Below, piece by piece: positions 15,158 through 26,276 of a DNA stretch of 42,156 nucleotides; positions within the stretch are counted from its first letter, which is position 1; each line of letters starts with the position of its first letter. Location: assembly GCA_044238425.1 (NCBI GenBank), contig JBIIDI010000001.1, positions 1 to 42,156 of the forward strand, given 5' to 3'. Below the pieces are notes generated by a model that was not told the DNA's origin, ran no database searches, and saw only the letters and a list, made by a program, of their open reading frames with translations. This DNA comes from Ilumatobacteraceae bacterium (GTDB lineage: Bacteria > Actinomycetota > Acidimicrobiia > Acidimicrobiales > Ilumatobacteraceae). The position numbers and the translations under genes were made by a program.

Positions 15158-16266
15158 CAGGACTCCGCCGACATGACCATAGCGAGGCGTTCGAGCGCAT
15201 CAACCGAGTGGCCCTCGACGAACGCGTCGACGTGCGGCAGTGCGGCGGCCATTCCGCGCGCGAGAGGTGCGTATCCGGGTCCGGCCTTCAACGGGTTCAC
15301 CCACACGACCCGGTGTGCAACGCGACCGAGGCGTTGCATCTGCTCGGCGAGCACGTTCGGGTCGCCGCGATCCCACCCGTCGGAGAGGATGACGACGATT
15401 GCGCCGCGGGCCATTCCGCGCACTCCCCACCGGTCGTTGAACTGGCGCAGCGTCTCCCCGAGTCGCGTACCGCCGCTCCAGTCCTCGACGCGCCCCGATG
15501 CGCGGTTGAGGGCCCGATCGGGATCGCGGCTCGACAACTCGCGGGTGACGCGCGTGAGACGCGTGCCGAGCGTGAAGGTCTCGACGCGTTGACGCCCGAC
15601 GACGGCCGAGTGCATGAACTGCAGCAGTGCCCGCGCGTACGGCTCCATCGAACCCGAAATGTCGAGCAGCACGACGAGTCGGCGCAGGCGTTGTGCCGGC
15701 TTCCTGTGCAGTCGGCGCACCGGTTCGCCGTGGTGTCGCAGGGTCGCGCGCACCGTGCGGCGCACGTCGGTGTGGCGCGTGCGACCCGACGCGCGTTCGA
15801 GTCGCAGCGCCCGTCGCGGCGGTCCGGCGAAGCGCAACCGCGACATCAAGCGGCGCGAATCCCGCAATTCGTCCGCCGTGTACTCGGCGAAGTCCTTGCG
15901 GCGCAGCGTTTCGAGTGCGGAGAAGCGCAGCGTCGTCTGTTCGCGGTCGCTGCGTCGCGAGCCGTTGCCGTCGGAGTCGTCGTCGAGGTCGACGGCAAGC
16001 GTTTGCGGGCGTTGCACCGGCGCGTTGCGATCGTCAAGGGCGCGGTGGTCGCCCTCCCAGAACGCGCGGAACGCCTTGTCGTAGAGGTCGAGATCCTCCG
16101 GTCTGCGCACGAGCGATCCGCGTCCGGCCCAGTACACGGCATCGCGTTCGGTCACGCCGACGACGCCGAGGCACTGCACGAACGTGAGGATCGAATCGAG
16201 GGGCACGGCGATTCCGGCGCCGCGCAGCACGCGCCCGAAGGCGACGGCCATGTTTTCCGGTGTCAC
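15157..16266 (-). CDS. VWA domain protein (CoxE-like)
   Basis: The MIDAS motif VVLLDISGSM is present, with a CoxE-like N-terminus AFGRVLRGAGIAV. The start is GTG 16266, or ATG 16251 as an alternative. Confidence 0.85.
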   Translation of the reverse strand: MTPENMAVAFGRVLRGAGIAVPLDSILTFVQCLGVVGVTERDAVYWAGRGSLVRRPEDLDLYDKAFRAFWEGDHRALDDRNAPVQRPQTLAVDLDDDSDGNGSRRSDREQTTLRFSALETLRRKDFAEYTADELRDSRRLMSRLRFAGPPRRALRLERASGRTRHTDVRRTVRATLRHHGEPVRRLHRKPAQRLRRLVVLLDISGSMEPYARALLQFMHSAVVGRQRVETFTLGTRLTRVTRELSSRDPDRALNRASGRVEDWSGGTRLGETLRQFNDRWGVRGMARGAIVVILSDGWDRGDPNVLAEQMQRLGRVAHRVVWVNPLKAGPGYAPLARGMAAALPHVDAFVEGHSVDALERLAMVMSAES

Positions 16267-16330
16267 GCGTCGTTCCCGATCACGATGCCCGACACGTCAT
16301 CCGGACATCGGCCTCGCGCCGCGCCGGACG

Positions 16331-17260
16331 TCACGAGGCCGACAGCGCGCGTCCGATCGCGTGACGCACGAGGTCGTCGACTCCGGCGTCGCGTACGCGC
16401 TGGTGGTCCTCGCGATACTTCAGCACCGCACCCAAGGTGGCGTCCACGACCGACTCGTCGATCTTTGCCACGCCGAGCGCAGCCAACGACGTTGCCCAGT
16501 CGATCGTCTCGGCGATGCCCGGTGGTTTGTACAGGTTCATGTCGCGCAGTCGCTCGACGACGGCGGCGACCTGGCGGGCAAGATCGACCGTCGCGCCGGG
16601 GCAGCGCAGTCGCACGATCTCGACCTCGCGTTCGAAACTCGGATGTTCGACCCAGTGGTACAGGCAGCGCCGCTTCAGTGCGTCGTGCACATCGCGCGTG
16701 CGGTTCGACGTGAGCACCACGAGCGGCGGCTCGGAGGCGCGGAAGGTTCCCACCTCGGGCACGGTGATCTGGAAGTCGGAGAGAACCTCGAGCAGGTACG
16801 CCTCGAATTCGTCGTCGGCGCGGTCGATTTCATCGATGAGCAGCACGGGGGGCACCGCGTTGTTCGGGTCGATCGCGCGCAACAGGGCGCGACGGATGAG
16901 GAAACGCTCGCCGTACAGCTCGTTCTCGAGTGCGTCGCTGCCCTTCGTCGTTGCTTCTCCGGTGGCTTCGGCGGTGCGCAGGTGGAGGAGCTGGCGCGAG
17001 TAGTCCCAGTCGTACACCGCTTGCGCGGCGTCGATGCCTTCGTAGCACTGCAGGCGTATGAGCTCGGCACCGCGCACTCGCGCGAGAACCTTCGCCAACT
17101 CGGTCTTGCCGACACCGGCTTCACCCTCGAGAAAGAGGGGACGCTTCAACGTCAATGAGAGGAACACGGCCGTGGCGAGACCGTCGTCGCTGAGGTAGCC
17201 CTCGGCGGAGAGTGCACTGCGAACGTCGGCAACGCTCGACAAGTTCGCGAGGGGCGGCAC
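16331..17260 (-). CDS. MoxR-family AAA+ ATPase (CoxD-like)
   Basis: Walker A is LEGEAGVGKTE and Walker B is VLLIDEIDRAD. The start is GTG at 17260. Confidence 0.88.
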   Translation of the reverse strand: MPPLANLSSVADVRSALSAEGYLSDDGLATAVFLSLTLKRPLFLEGEAGVGKTELAKVLARVRGAELIRLQCYEGIDAAQAVYDWDYSRQLLHLRTAEATGEATTKGSDALENELYGERFLIRRALLRAIDPNNAVPPVLLIDEIDRADDEFEAYLLEVLSDFQITVPEVGTFRASEPPLVVLTSNRTRDVHDALKRRCLYHWVEHPSFEREVEIVRLRCPGATVDLARQVAAVVERLRDMNLYKPPGIAETIDWATSLAALGVAKIDESVVDATLGAVLKYREDHQRVRDAGVDDLVRHAIGRALSAS

Positions 17261-17326
17261 CTCGCCAGCATACGACGGGTGTCGTTGACGACGTTTCCGA
17301 CGGTGACCGGCGGTCTACCCTGAGGA

Positions 17327-18076
17327 GTGATGGATCTGGGCATTGCCGGTCGCACCGCCGCCGTTGCCGCAGGCACCGCCGGTCTCGGTTTTGCGAGTGC
17401 GGCTGCGTTGTGCGAAGCGGGCGTGCAGGTCGTCATCTGCGGTCGTGATCGTGCGCGTGTCGACGACGCCGTGTCGCGACTCGGCAAGAACGCGCGCGGA
17501 GTCGTTGCCGACGTCGCCACCGCGGCCGGAGCGACGGCGTTCGTTGCGCAGGCGGGCGAGTTGCTCGGGCGCATCGACATCCTCGTTGCCAACGGCGGCG
17601 GCCCGAAGCCGGGCACCTTCTCGTCGCTGTCGGTCGACGACTACCTGCCCGCCGTCGAGCAGAGTCTGCTCGCCACGGTTGCGATGTGCCATGCGGCAGT
17701 TCCGTCGATGCGCGAACGCAGATGGGGTCGAGTCGTTGCCATCACGTCGATCGCGGTGCGTCAGCCGATCGCCAACCTCATGTTGTCGAACACCGCGCGC
17801 GCCGGGCTCACCGGGTTCCTGAAGACGCTCGCTCGTGAAGTCGCCGTTGACGGCGTCACCGTCAACTCGGTGCAACCGGGTGTGCATGCAACGGACCGCA
17901 TCACGCAGGTGTACGGCGCGCAACCCGATGCCTCCGCGCTCGGCATTCCCGCCGGGGTCATCGGTGATCCGGCCGACTTCGGGCGCATCGTCGCCTTCCT
18001 GTGCAGCGAGTCGTCGCGGTTCGTCACCGGAGTGCACCTGCCGGTTGACGGCGGCGCGTACGCCGGTTTGCTGTAG
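17327..18076 (+). CDS. Short-chain dehydrogenase/reductase family protein with a non-canonical catalytic motif
   Basis: AAVAAGTAGLGFA is a variant TGxxxGxG, and ILVANGG and ITSIA are present. LSNTARAG sits where YxxxK is expected. TACCCT at 17316-17321 lies 5 nt before GTG 17327, which fits a leaderless mRNA; ATG 17330 is an alternative start. Confidence 0.75.
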   Translation: MMDLGIAGRTAAVAAGTAGLGFASAAALCEAGVQVVICGRDRARVDDAVSRLGKNARGVVADVATAAGATAFVAQAGELLGRIDILVANGGGPKPGTFSSLSVDDYLPAVEQSLLATVAMCHAAVPSMRERRWGRVVAITSIAVRQPIANLMLSNTARAGLTGFLKTLAREVAVDGVTVNSVQPGVHATDRITQVYGAQPDASALGIPAGVIGDPADFGRIVAFLCSESSRFVTGVHLPVDGGAYAGLL

Positions 18077-18078
18077 TT

Positions 18079-18100
18079 CGTCGCCCCGTCGTCGGCGACG
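18079..18100. terminator. Hairpin (CGTCGCC / GGCGACG, 8-nt loop) filling the 24-nt gap between convergent genes
   Basis: Read directly between TAG 18074-18076 (plus strand) and TGA 18101-18103 (minus strand). Confidence 0.3.
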
Positions 18101-18925
18101 TCAGTTCTGCATCTTGCGCAGGCCGCGCAGGGCGAACGTGATCGTCAGGGCCGACATGACGACGACCGCGACGAGACCGCCCCACACCGAACCCCACGAC
18201 AGCGCGTCGGGTGATGCCGGATCGACGAGACCGGTGCGCGCGAGGCGCAGGACGTTCGTCGCCGGGTTGAGCCGAGCGACCGAGTGCAGCCACCCGCTCA
18301 TCACCTGCAGCGGAACCTGTGCGGTGGAGAGGAACATGACGACGAAGATCGACAGCTGCATGATCGCCGCGGCGCGCATGTCGCGGAAGCGGTAGGCGAG
18401 ACCGAGACCCCAGCCCGCACCGGCCGTCGCGATGCCCATCGCCGCGACGTACAGGCACAACACACCGAGGATCCCGCCGGGGAACCGCGCACCGAGTGCG
18501 ACGCCGAGCACGATGACGAGCGTGCACATGAGGATGACGCGCACGAGCGAACCGAGGATCGGGCCCATGACGAGCGACAGTCGCGAGGTCGGTGACATCC
18601 GCAGGCGGTCGTAGAAGCCGGTCTGGATGTCGCGAATGGTCGTGAAGCCGAGTCCGACGCCGGCGAACGCCGAGCCCATCATGATGCCGAGCGGCATGTA
18701 CCAATTGATCGACCGGTCGGTGGGGAATCCGGGTAGTTGCGTGATCGCGTAGAACGTGCCGGAGAAGGCGATCATGTTGAACACCGGCATTGCGAGCGCC
18801 GGAAAGAATGCCGACGGCAGGCGGCGGATCGTGCGGATGCTGCGCAGTGCGAGCATGCGTGCACTGCGCACGGTACGCGAACGAAGTTGGCCGACGGAAT
18901 CCGACGACGGAGCGATGACGGTCAT
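18101..18925 (-). CDS. ABC-2 type transporter permease
   Basis: A multi-TM protein with the N-terminal LRSIRTIRRLPSAFFPALAMPVF pattern typical of ABC-2/DrrB-like permeases. ATG at 18925 overlaps the upstream stop (ATGA). Confidence 0.8.
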   Translation of the reverse strand: MTVIAPSSDSVGQLRSRTVRSARMLALRSIRTIRRLPSAFFPALAMPVFNMIAFSGTFYAITQLPGFPTDRSINWYMPLGIMMGSAFAGVGLGFTTIRDIQTGFYDRLRMSPTSRLSLVMGPILGSLVRVILMCTLVIVLGVALGARFPGGILGVLCLYVAAMGIATAGAGWGLGLAYRFRDMRAAAIMQLSIFVVMFLSTAQVPLQVMSGWLHSVARLNPATNVLRLARTGLVDPASPDALSWGSVWGGLVAVVVMSALTITFALRGLRKMQN

Positions 18926-19719
18926 GAGCGCGCAATCCTGCGCCGAAGTTGATCGAGCGACACGAGCGTTGCACCGACTCCGATGAGCGCCGGGATGGCG
19001 AGCGAGCGCACGAGCGCACCGGCCGACATCCCGTCGATGATGAGTGCGCGCAAGCCCTCCACCATGTGCGACACCGGGTTGACGTCGGCAATGCGACGGT
19101 AGACACCGGTCATCGTCTCGCGGGGGAAGAACGCGCTCGACAGGAAGAGAAGGATGAACAGCAGCGGAAATGCGCCTTGCACCGCTTCGGCCGATCCGGT
19201 GCGCAACGCAACGCCGGACATCAGCGCACCGACGGCGAACGAGATGAGCAGACTGCCGAGGATGATCGCCAGGTAACCGGCGACTCCCGCGCTCACGCGC
19301 ACGCCGAACGGTGTGAGCACGGCGACGAACACGGTTGCCTGCACCGCACCGAACAGCGATGCTCCTGCAAGGCGACCGAAGAGGATCGCCGTACGTGACG
19401 TCGGCGCGACGAGCAGACGGTCGAAGAATCCGTCGCCGATGTCGGTGGCGAGCGCGGCCGCTCCGGTCACCGAACCGAAGAGCACGCCCTGGATGACGGT
19501 GCCGGCGAGCGAGTACTGCAGGTACGAGTCGACGACGGGGAAGCCGGGTAGCGACGTCGCCCGACTGAACGCCGACGCACCGAGGGCGGCGAAGAACAGA
19601 GGGAAGATGAGCGACGGCCCGATGAGCGCCGGCTGGCGCAGCATCGCCATCGTCGAGCGGCGGGAGAGCGCGACGAGATGTCGCGCCGACTCAGCGGGCC
19701 TTCGGCGCATTGTCCGCAC
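18922..19719 (-). CDS. ABC-2 type transporter permease (paralogue)
   Basis: LSRRSTMAMLRQPALIGPSLIFPLFF... is multi-TM. The start is GTG 19719 or ATG 19710, overlapping the ATPase 3' end by 20-29 nt. Confidence 0.78.
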   Translation of the reverse strand: MRTMRRRPAESARHLVALSRRSTMAMLRQPALIGPSLIFPLFFAALGASAFSRATSLPGFPVVDSYLQYSLAGTVIQGVLFGSVTGAAALATDIGDGFFDRLLVAPTSRTAILFGRLAGASLFGAVQATVFVAVLTPFGVRVSAGVAGYLAIILGSLLISFAVGALMSGVALRTGSAEAVQGAFPLLFILLFLSSAFFPRETMTGVYRRIADVNPVSHMVEGLRALIIDGMSAGALVRSLAIPALIGVGATLVSLDQLRRRIARS

Positions 19720-20650
19720 CTTCCAGCCGGTAGCCGGTCGCCTCGGCGAAGACGTCGTCGAGGCTCGGTTCGTTGAGGGCGAGGTGCTGCACCTTCACGC
19801 CCGCTTCGTCGAGGCGGCGAATGACCTCGGCGACGCGGCCGGCACCGCCGCGCAAACCGACGCCGAGCGTTCCCTCCGCGGTCGGGCGCAAGTCACCGAA
19901 TTCACGCAACACTGCGCTTGCCGTGGCGAGTTGGTCGCGGGCGACGTCGACGAGCAGCGTCGGATCACCGACGCCCTGCTTCAGGGTCGAGGGAGTTCCC
20001 TCGCGCACGATCTTGCCGTGGTCGATGATCGCGACCCTGTCGGCGAGCTGGTCGGCTTCTTCGAGGTACTGCGTCGTCAACATCACCGTCGTGCCCTCCG
20101 CGTTGAGGCGGCGCACTTCCTCCCACAGCGTGAGGCGGCTCATCGGATCGAGTCCGGTCGTCGGCTCGTCGAGGAACAGCACGACGGGGCGGTGGATGAG
20201 CGACAGCGCGAGATCGAGTCGTCGCCGCATGCCGCCCGAATACGTCGCGACGCGGCGGTTCGCCGCCGCGGTGAGCCCGACGCGTTCGAGCAGTTCGTCG
20301 GCGCGCTTCTTCGTCGAGTTCCGCGGCAGGCCGTACAGCACCGCTTGCAGCGCGAGCAACTCGGCGCCGGTCATCAACGGATCGATCGCTGCGTCCTGCA
20401 GTGCGACACCGATGCTGCGTCGCACGTCGTCGGCCTGCGTGACGACGTCGTAGCCCGCGACTCGTGCGCTTCCCGACGTGGGGCGAAGGAGAGTCGTGAG
20501 CATGCGCACCGCCGTGCTCTTGCCGGCCCCGTTCGGACCGAGGAAGCCGAAGATCTCACCTTCCTTCACGGTGAGGTCGATGCCGTCGACGGCCTTCACG
20601 TCTCCGAAGTGCCGGGTGAGTCCTTCGGCAATGATGGGTGCGTTGTTCAC
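19691..20650 (-). CDS. ABC transporter ATP-binding protein (DrrA/CcmA-like, exporter type)
   Basis: GPNGAGKST, YSGGMRRRL and VLFLDEPTTGLD are present. GTG at 20650 overlaps the coxL-like stop (GTGA). Confidence 0.9.
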   Translation of the reverse strand: MNNAPIIAEGLTRHFGDVKAVDGIDLTVKEGEIFGFLGPNGAGKSTAVRMLTTLLRPTSGSARVAGYDVVTQADDVRRSIGVALQDAAIDPLMTGAELLALQAVLYGLPRNSTKKRADELLERVGLTAAANRRVATYSGGMRRRLDLALSLIHRPVVLFLDEPTTGLDPMSRLTLWEEVRRLNAEGTTVMLTTQYLEEADQLADRVAIIDHGKIVREGTPSTLKQGVGDPTLLVDVARDQLATASAVLREFGDLRPTAEGTLGVGLRGGAGRVAEVIRRLDEAGVKVQHLALNEPSLDDVFAEATGYRLEGADNAPKAR

Positions 20651-22935
20651 GCCTCTGGTCTAGTGGCTGCGATTGCTTTCCAGATGCGTTCCGGCGTCAG
20701 GGGCATGTCGATGTGACGCACGCCCACGTGCGACAACGCGTCAATGACGGCCGACTGCACGGCCGGTGTCGAACCGATCGTGCCCGATTCGCCGATTCCC
20801 TTTGCGCCGAGCGGATTGCGCGGCGTCGGCGTTTCCATCGGCACCGTCGTGATGCGGGGCATCTCACTCGCGGTGATGAATGCATAGTCGACCAGGTTCG
20901 TCGTCTTCGGCGTGCCGTCGGCGTCGTAGATGACCTCCTCGAGCAATGCCTGCGCAGTTCCCTGCGCGATCCCGCCGTGCACCTGGCCGGTGAGCAACAG
21001 CGGATTGATGATCGTTCCCGCGTCGTCGCAGGCGAAGTGCCGGCGATGGTGCACGGCACCGGTGCGCGTGTTCACCTCGACGACGGCGACGTGTGCTCCG
21101 AACGGGAACGTCGGGCCACCCGACGTGAATCGCCGTTCGCACTCGATTCCGTGCGACGCATCGACGCTGCGCGCGACGTCCGCCCACCCGACTTTCACCG
21201 ACGGAGTTCCGCGCACGTGGAACATGCCCGACACCGGGTCGCACACGACGTCGTCGACGTCCGCTTCGAGCAGTCGCGCGGCATGTTCGCGCGCGAGATC
21301 GACGAGACGGTCGGCGGTGTGCTGCACGGCAGAACCGCCGAGTTGCAGCGAACGCGAACCGTACGTACCGAGCCCTTCCGCAACCACGTCGGTGTCTCCC
21401 CACACGAGCGAGATCCGATCGATCGGGATTCCGGTGCGTTCGCTCGCGATCATCGCCCATGCGGTGTGGTGACCCTGGCCGTGCGGTGAGGTGCCGGTGG
21501 CGATCGTCGCACTGCCGTCGGGGTGCACCGTGATGCGCGCGTCCTCGTGGGTGGTGCCGCCGCTCGTGATCTCGACGTACACGCTCACGCCGATACCGAG
21601 CTGCATGTCGTCGCCACGTTCGCGGCGCTCACGCTGCTCGCGACGCAACTCGTCGTAGTTTGCCGCGGCGAGCACTCGATCGAGGGCACCGGCGTAGTCG
21701 CCGACGTCGTATTCGACGCCGATCGCCGTACGGTGCGGTTCGCGGAACGGGGCGATGAGGTTGCGTCGGCGCACGTCGACGGGATCCATGCCGAGTTCGC
21801 GGGCGACGAGATCCATTGCACGTTCAACGGCCGCCGTCGCCTCGGGTCGTCCCGCACCGCGGTACGCGACGATGGGCGTCGTGTTCGTGAGCACCGACCG
21901 CACGCGGGCCTCGATGCGCGGAATGGCGTAGACCCCGGACGACATGTTGCGCGTGCCGCGCGCGAGAACCGTGCCGATGTCGGCGAACGCACCGCAGTCC
22001 TGCACGATGTCGAGGCGGTAGGCGAGGATGCGACCGTCACGCCGCGCGCCGATGGTGACGTCCTGAATCTGCGCCCGACCGTGACCGAGGGCGAGCATCG
22101 ACTCGGTGCGCGACTCGCGCCAGGTGACGGGTGCTCCGACGACGCGCGCGATTGCACCGAGTGCGAGTTCCTCGGGGTATGCGGTGATCTTCGATCCGAA
22201 CCCGCCGCCGACGTCGGGAGTGACGACGTGAACGGCCGAGGCATCGACGCAGTGGATCGATGCGAGCTGATCGCGCACTCCGTGCGCGTGCTGGGTGGAA
22301 ATCCACTGGTGCAACCGCCCGCGATGCCATGCAGCGGCGGAACCGCGCACCTCGAGCGGGCACGGTGCGACGCGCTGGTTGACGAACCGGCCGCGCACGA
22401 CGACGTCGCAGTCGGCGAAGAACTCGTCGCCGGTGAAGCCCGGCAGACCCGCGGCCACCGACCCGTACGCGACGTTGCTGTCGAGCTCGGGATACAGGAG
22501 CGTGTCGGAGTCGAGTGCGGCGAGCGGATCGACGACGGCAGGCAGCGGATCGATGTCGAGCTCGACGGCGTCGACGGCATCGGCGACGAGGGCGGGGGCC
22601 GTACCGACGACGACCGCCACGGGTTCGCCGACGTAGCGCACGCGGTCGTCGGCGAGCACCGAGCGGCTGACGAGCCGATTGAAGTTCGACACTTCACGGG
22701 GTAACCCGAGGTCGCCGGCGACGAGCACGGCGACGATGCCGGGCATCGATCGGGCCCGCGACGTGTCGACCGATCGGATCGTTCCGTGGGGGAGCGGCGA
22801 GCGGACGAATGCGACGTGCAGTGCACCCGCGAGAAGCGGTTCGTCGCCGAGTTCGTCGACGTGACGCGCACCGCCGACGAGCAGGCGACGATCCTCGAGT
22901 CGAACGACGCGAGTTCCCAGGATGCTCGTGCCCAC
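20647..22935 (-). CDS. Second molybdopterin-binding large subunit, form-II CoxL-like, with no adjacent FeS/FAD subunits
   Basis: 762 aa. Motifs include RVVRLEDRRLLVG, the active-site loop [12 protein letters not shown] and GAKGIGESG. The start is GTG at 22935. Confidence 0.88.
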   Translation of the reverse strand: MGTSILGTRVVRLEDRRLLVGGARHVDELGDEPLLAGALHVAFVRSPLPHGTIRSVDTSRARSMPGIVAVLVAGDLGLPREVSNFNRLVSRSVLADDRVRYVGEPVAVVVGTAPALVADAVDAVELDIDPLPAVVDPLAALDSDTLLYPELDSNVAYGSVAAGLPGFTGDEFFADCDVVVRGRFVNQRVAPCPLEVRGSAAAWHRGRLHQWISTQHAHGVRDQLASIHCVDASAVHVVTPDVGGGFGSKITAYPEELALGAIARVVGAPVTWRESRTESMLALGHGRAQIQDVTIGARRDGRILAYRLDIVQDCGAFADIGTVLARGTRNMSSGVYAIPRIEARVRSVLTNTTPIVAYRGAGRPEATAAVERAMDLVARELGMDPVDVRRRNLIAPFREPHRTAIGVEYDVGDYAGALDRVLAAANYDELRREQRERRERGDDMQLGIGVSVYVEITSGGTTHEDARITVHPDGSATIATGTSPHGQGHHTAWAMIASERTGIPIDRISLVWGDTDVVAEGLGTYGSRSLQLGGSAVQHTADRLVDLAREHAARLLEADVDDVVCDPVSGMFHVRGTPSVKVGWADVARSVDASHGIECERRFTSGGPTFPFGAHVAVVEVNTRTGAVHHRRHFACDDAGTIINPLLLTGQVHGGIAQGTAQALLEEVIYDADGTPKTTNLVDYAFITASEMPRITTVPMETPTPRNPLGAKGIGESGTIGSTPAVQSAVIDALSHVGVRHIDMPLTPERIWKAIAATRPEA

Positions 22936-22982
22936 CGCCTCAGACGGTAGCGAAGCCGGCCGGGACGACCGTCGCGCAGCGC

Positions 22983-23408
22983 TCAGGGTTGCAACGGATC
23001 GAAGCCGTCGATGTCGCCGGCTTCGACGCGGGCAAACGCGTCACGACGCACGTCGAGGATTCCCGCAACGAGGGTGTGCGGCCACCGATCCGGCAGCGTG
23101 ATCGGTGCATCGGGTTGCGCAAGCAGCGGAACCCGCCGTTCGTTGGGGAGGAGGTACCCGAGCTGCGAACGGATGGCCTGCTGCAAGCCCGTCGGCGTTT
23201 GCAGCGAGTCGACTTCGTCCTGCAGGGCGTCGTTGATGTCCTCGAACAATGCGTACTGGGCCTCACGCTCGCCGAGCAGGTCGCGCTGGGAGAACCACGT
23301 GCGCAGCGGCAACACGAGCAGCGTGAGGAGAATCGCCACGAGGCCCGCGGCGATGAGCGGCACGCTCCACCGCCGCGCCCGCGCCACCACGTTTCCGACG
23401 AAGCTCAC
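22983..23408 (-). CDS. Septum formation initiator (FtsB/DivIC-like) family protein, counterpart of Rv1024
   Basis: A single N-terminal TM (VPLIAAGLVAILLTLLVLPL) is followed by a short coiled-coil-like segment. It sits directly downstream of eno, as in other actinobacteria. The start is GTG at 23408. Confidence 0.6.
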   Translation of the reverse strand: MSFVGNVVARARRWSVPLIAAGLVAILLTLLVLPLRTWFSQRDLLGEREAQYALFEDINDALQDEVDSLQTPTGLQQAIRSQLGYLLPNERRVPLLAQPDAPITLPDRWPHTLVAGILDVRRDAFARVEAGDIDGFDPLQP

Positions 23409-23426
23409 CTCACCATTGTGGCGTTG

Positions 23427-23452
23427 ACGACGCGTCGTGCATCGTCATGCAC
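23427..23452 (-). other. Two overlapping palindromes between eno and the ftsB-like gene
   Basis: ACGACGCGTCGT (23427-23438) is a perfect 12-mer, and GTGCAT-cgtc-ATGCAC spans 23437-23452. Confidence 0.3.
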
Positions 23453-23455
23453 GGC

Positions 23456-26220
<2,765 letters not shown>

Positions 26221-26276
26221 TGCGTTGTCCGGTCGACGACTCGTCGGTGAATCCGGCCGGGGACCCAGTAGGTGAC

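Noticed and set aside
11619-22935. Treating the inserted block as a mobile genomic island.
   Set aside because: No integrase, transposase, recombinase, flanking direct repeats or tRNA at the borders is present. The composition looks like the flanks. It is reported only as a synteny interruption.
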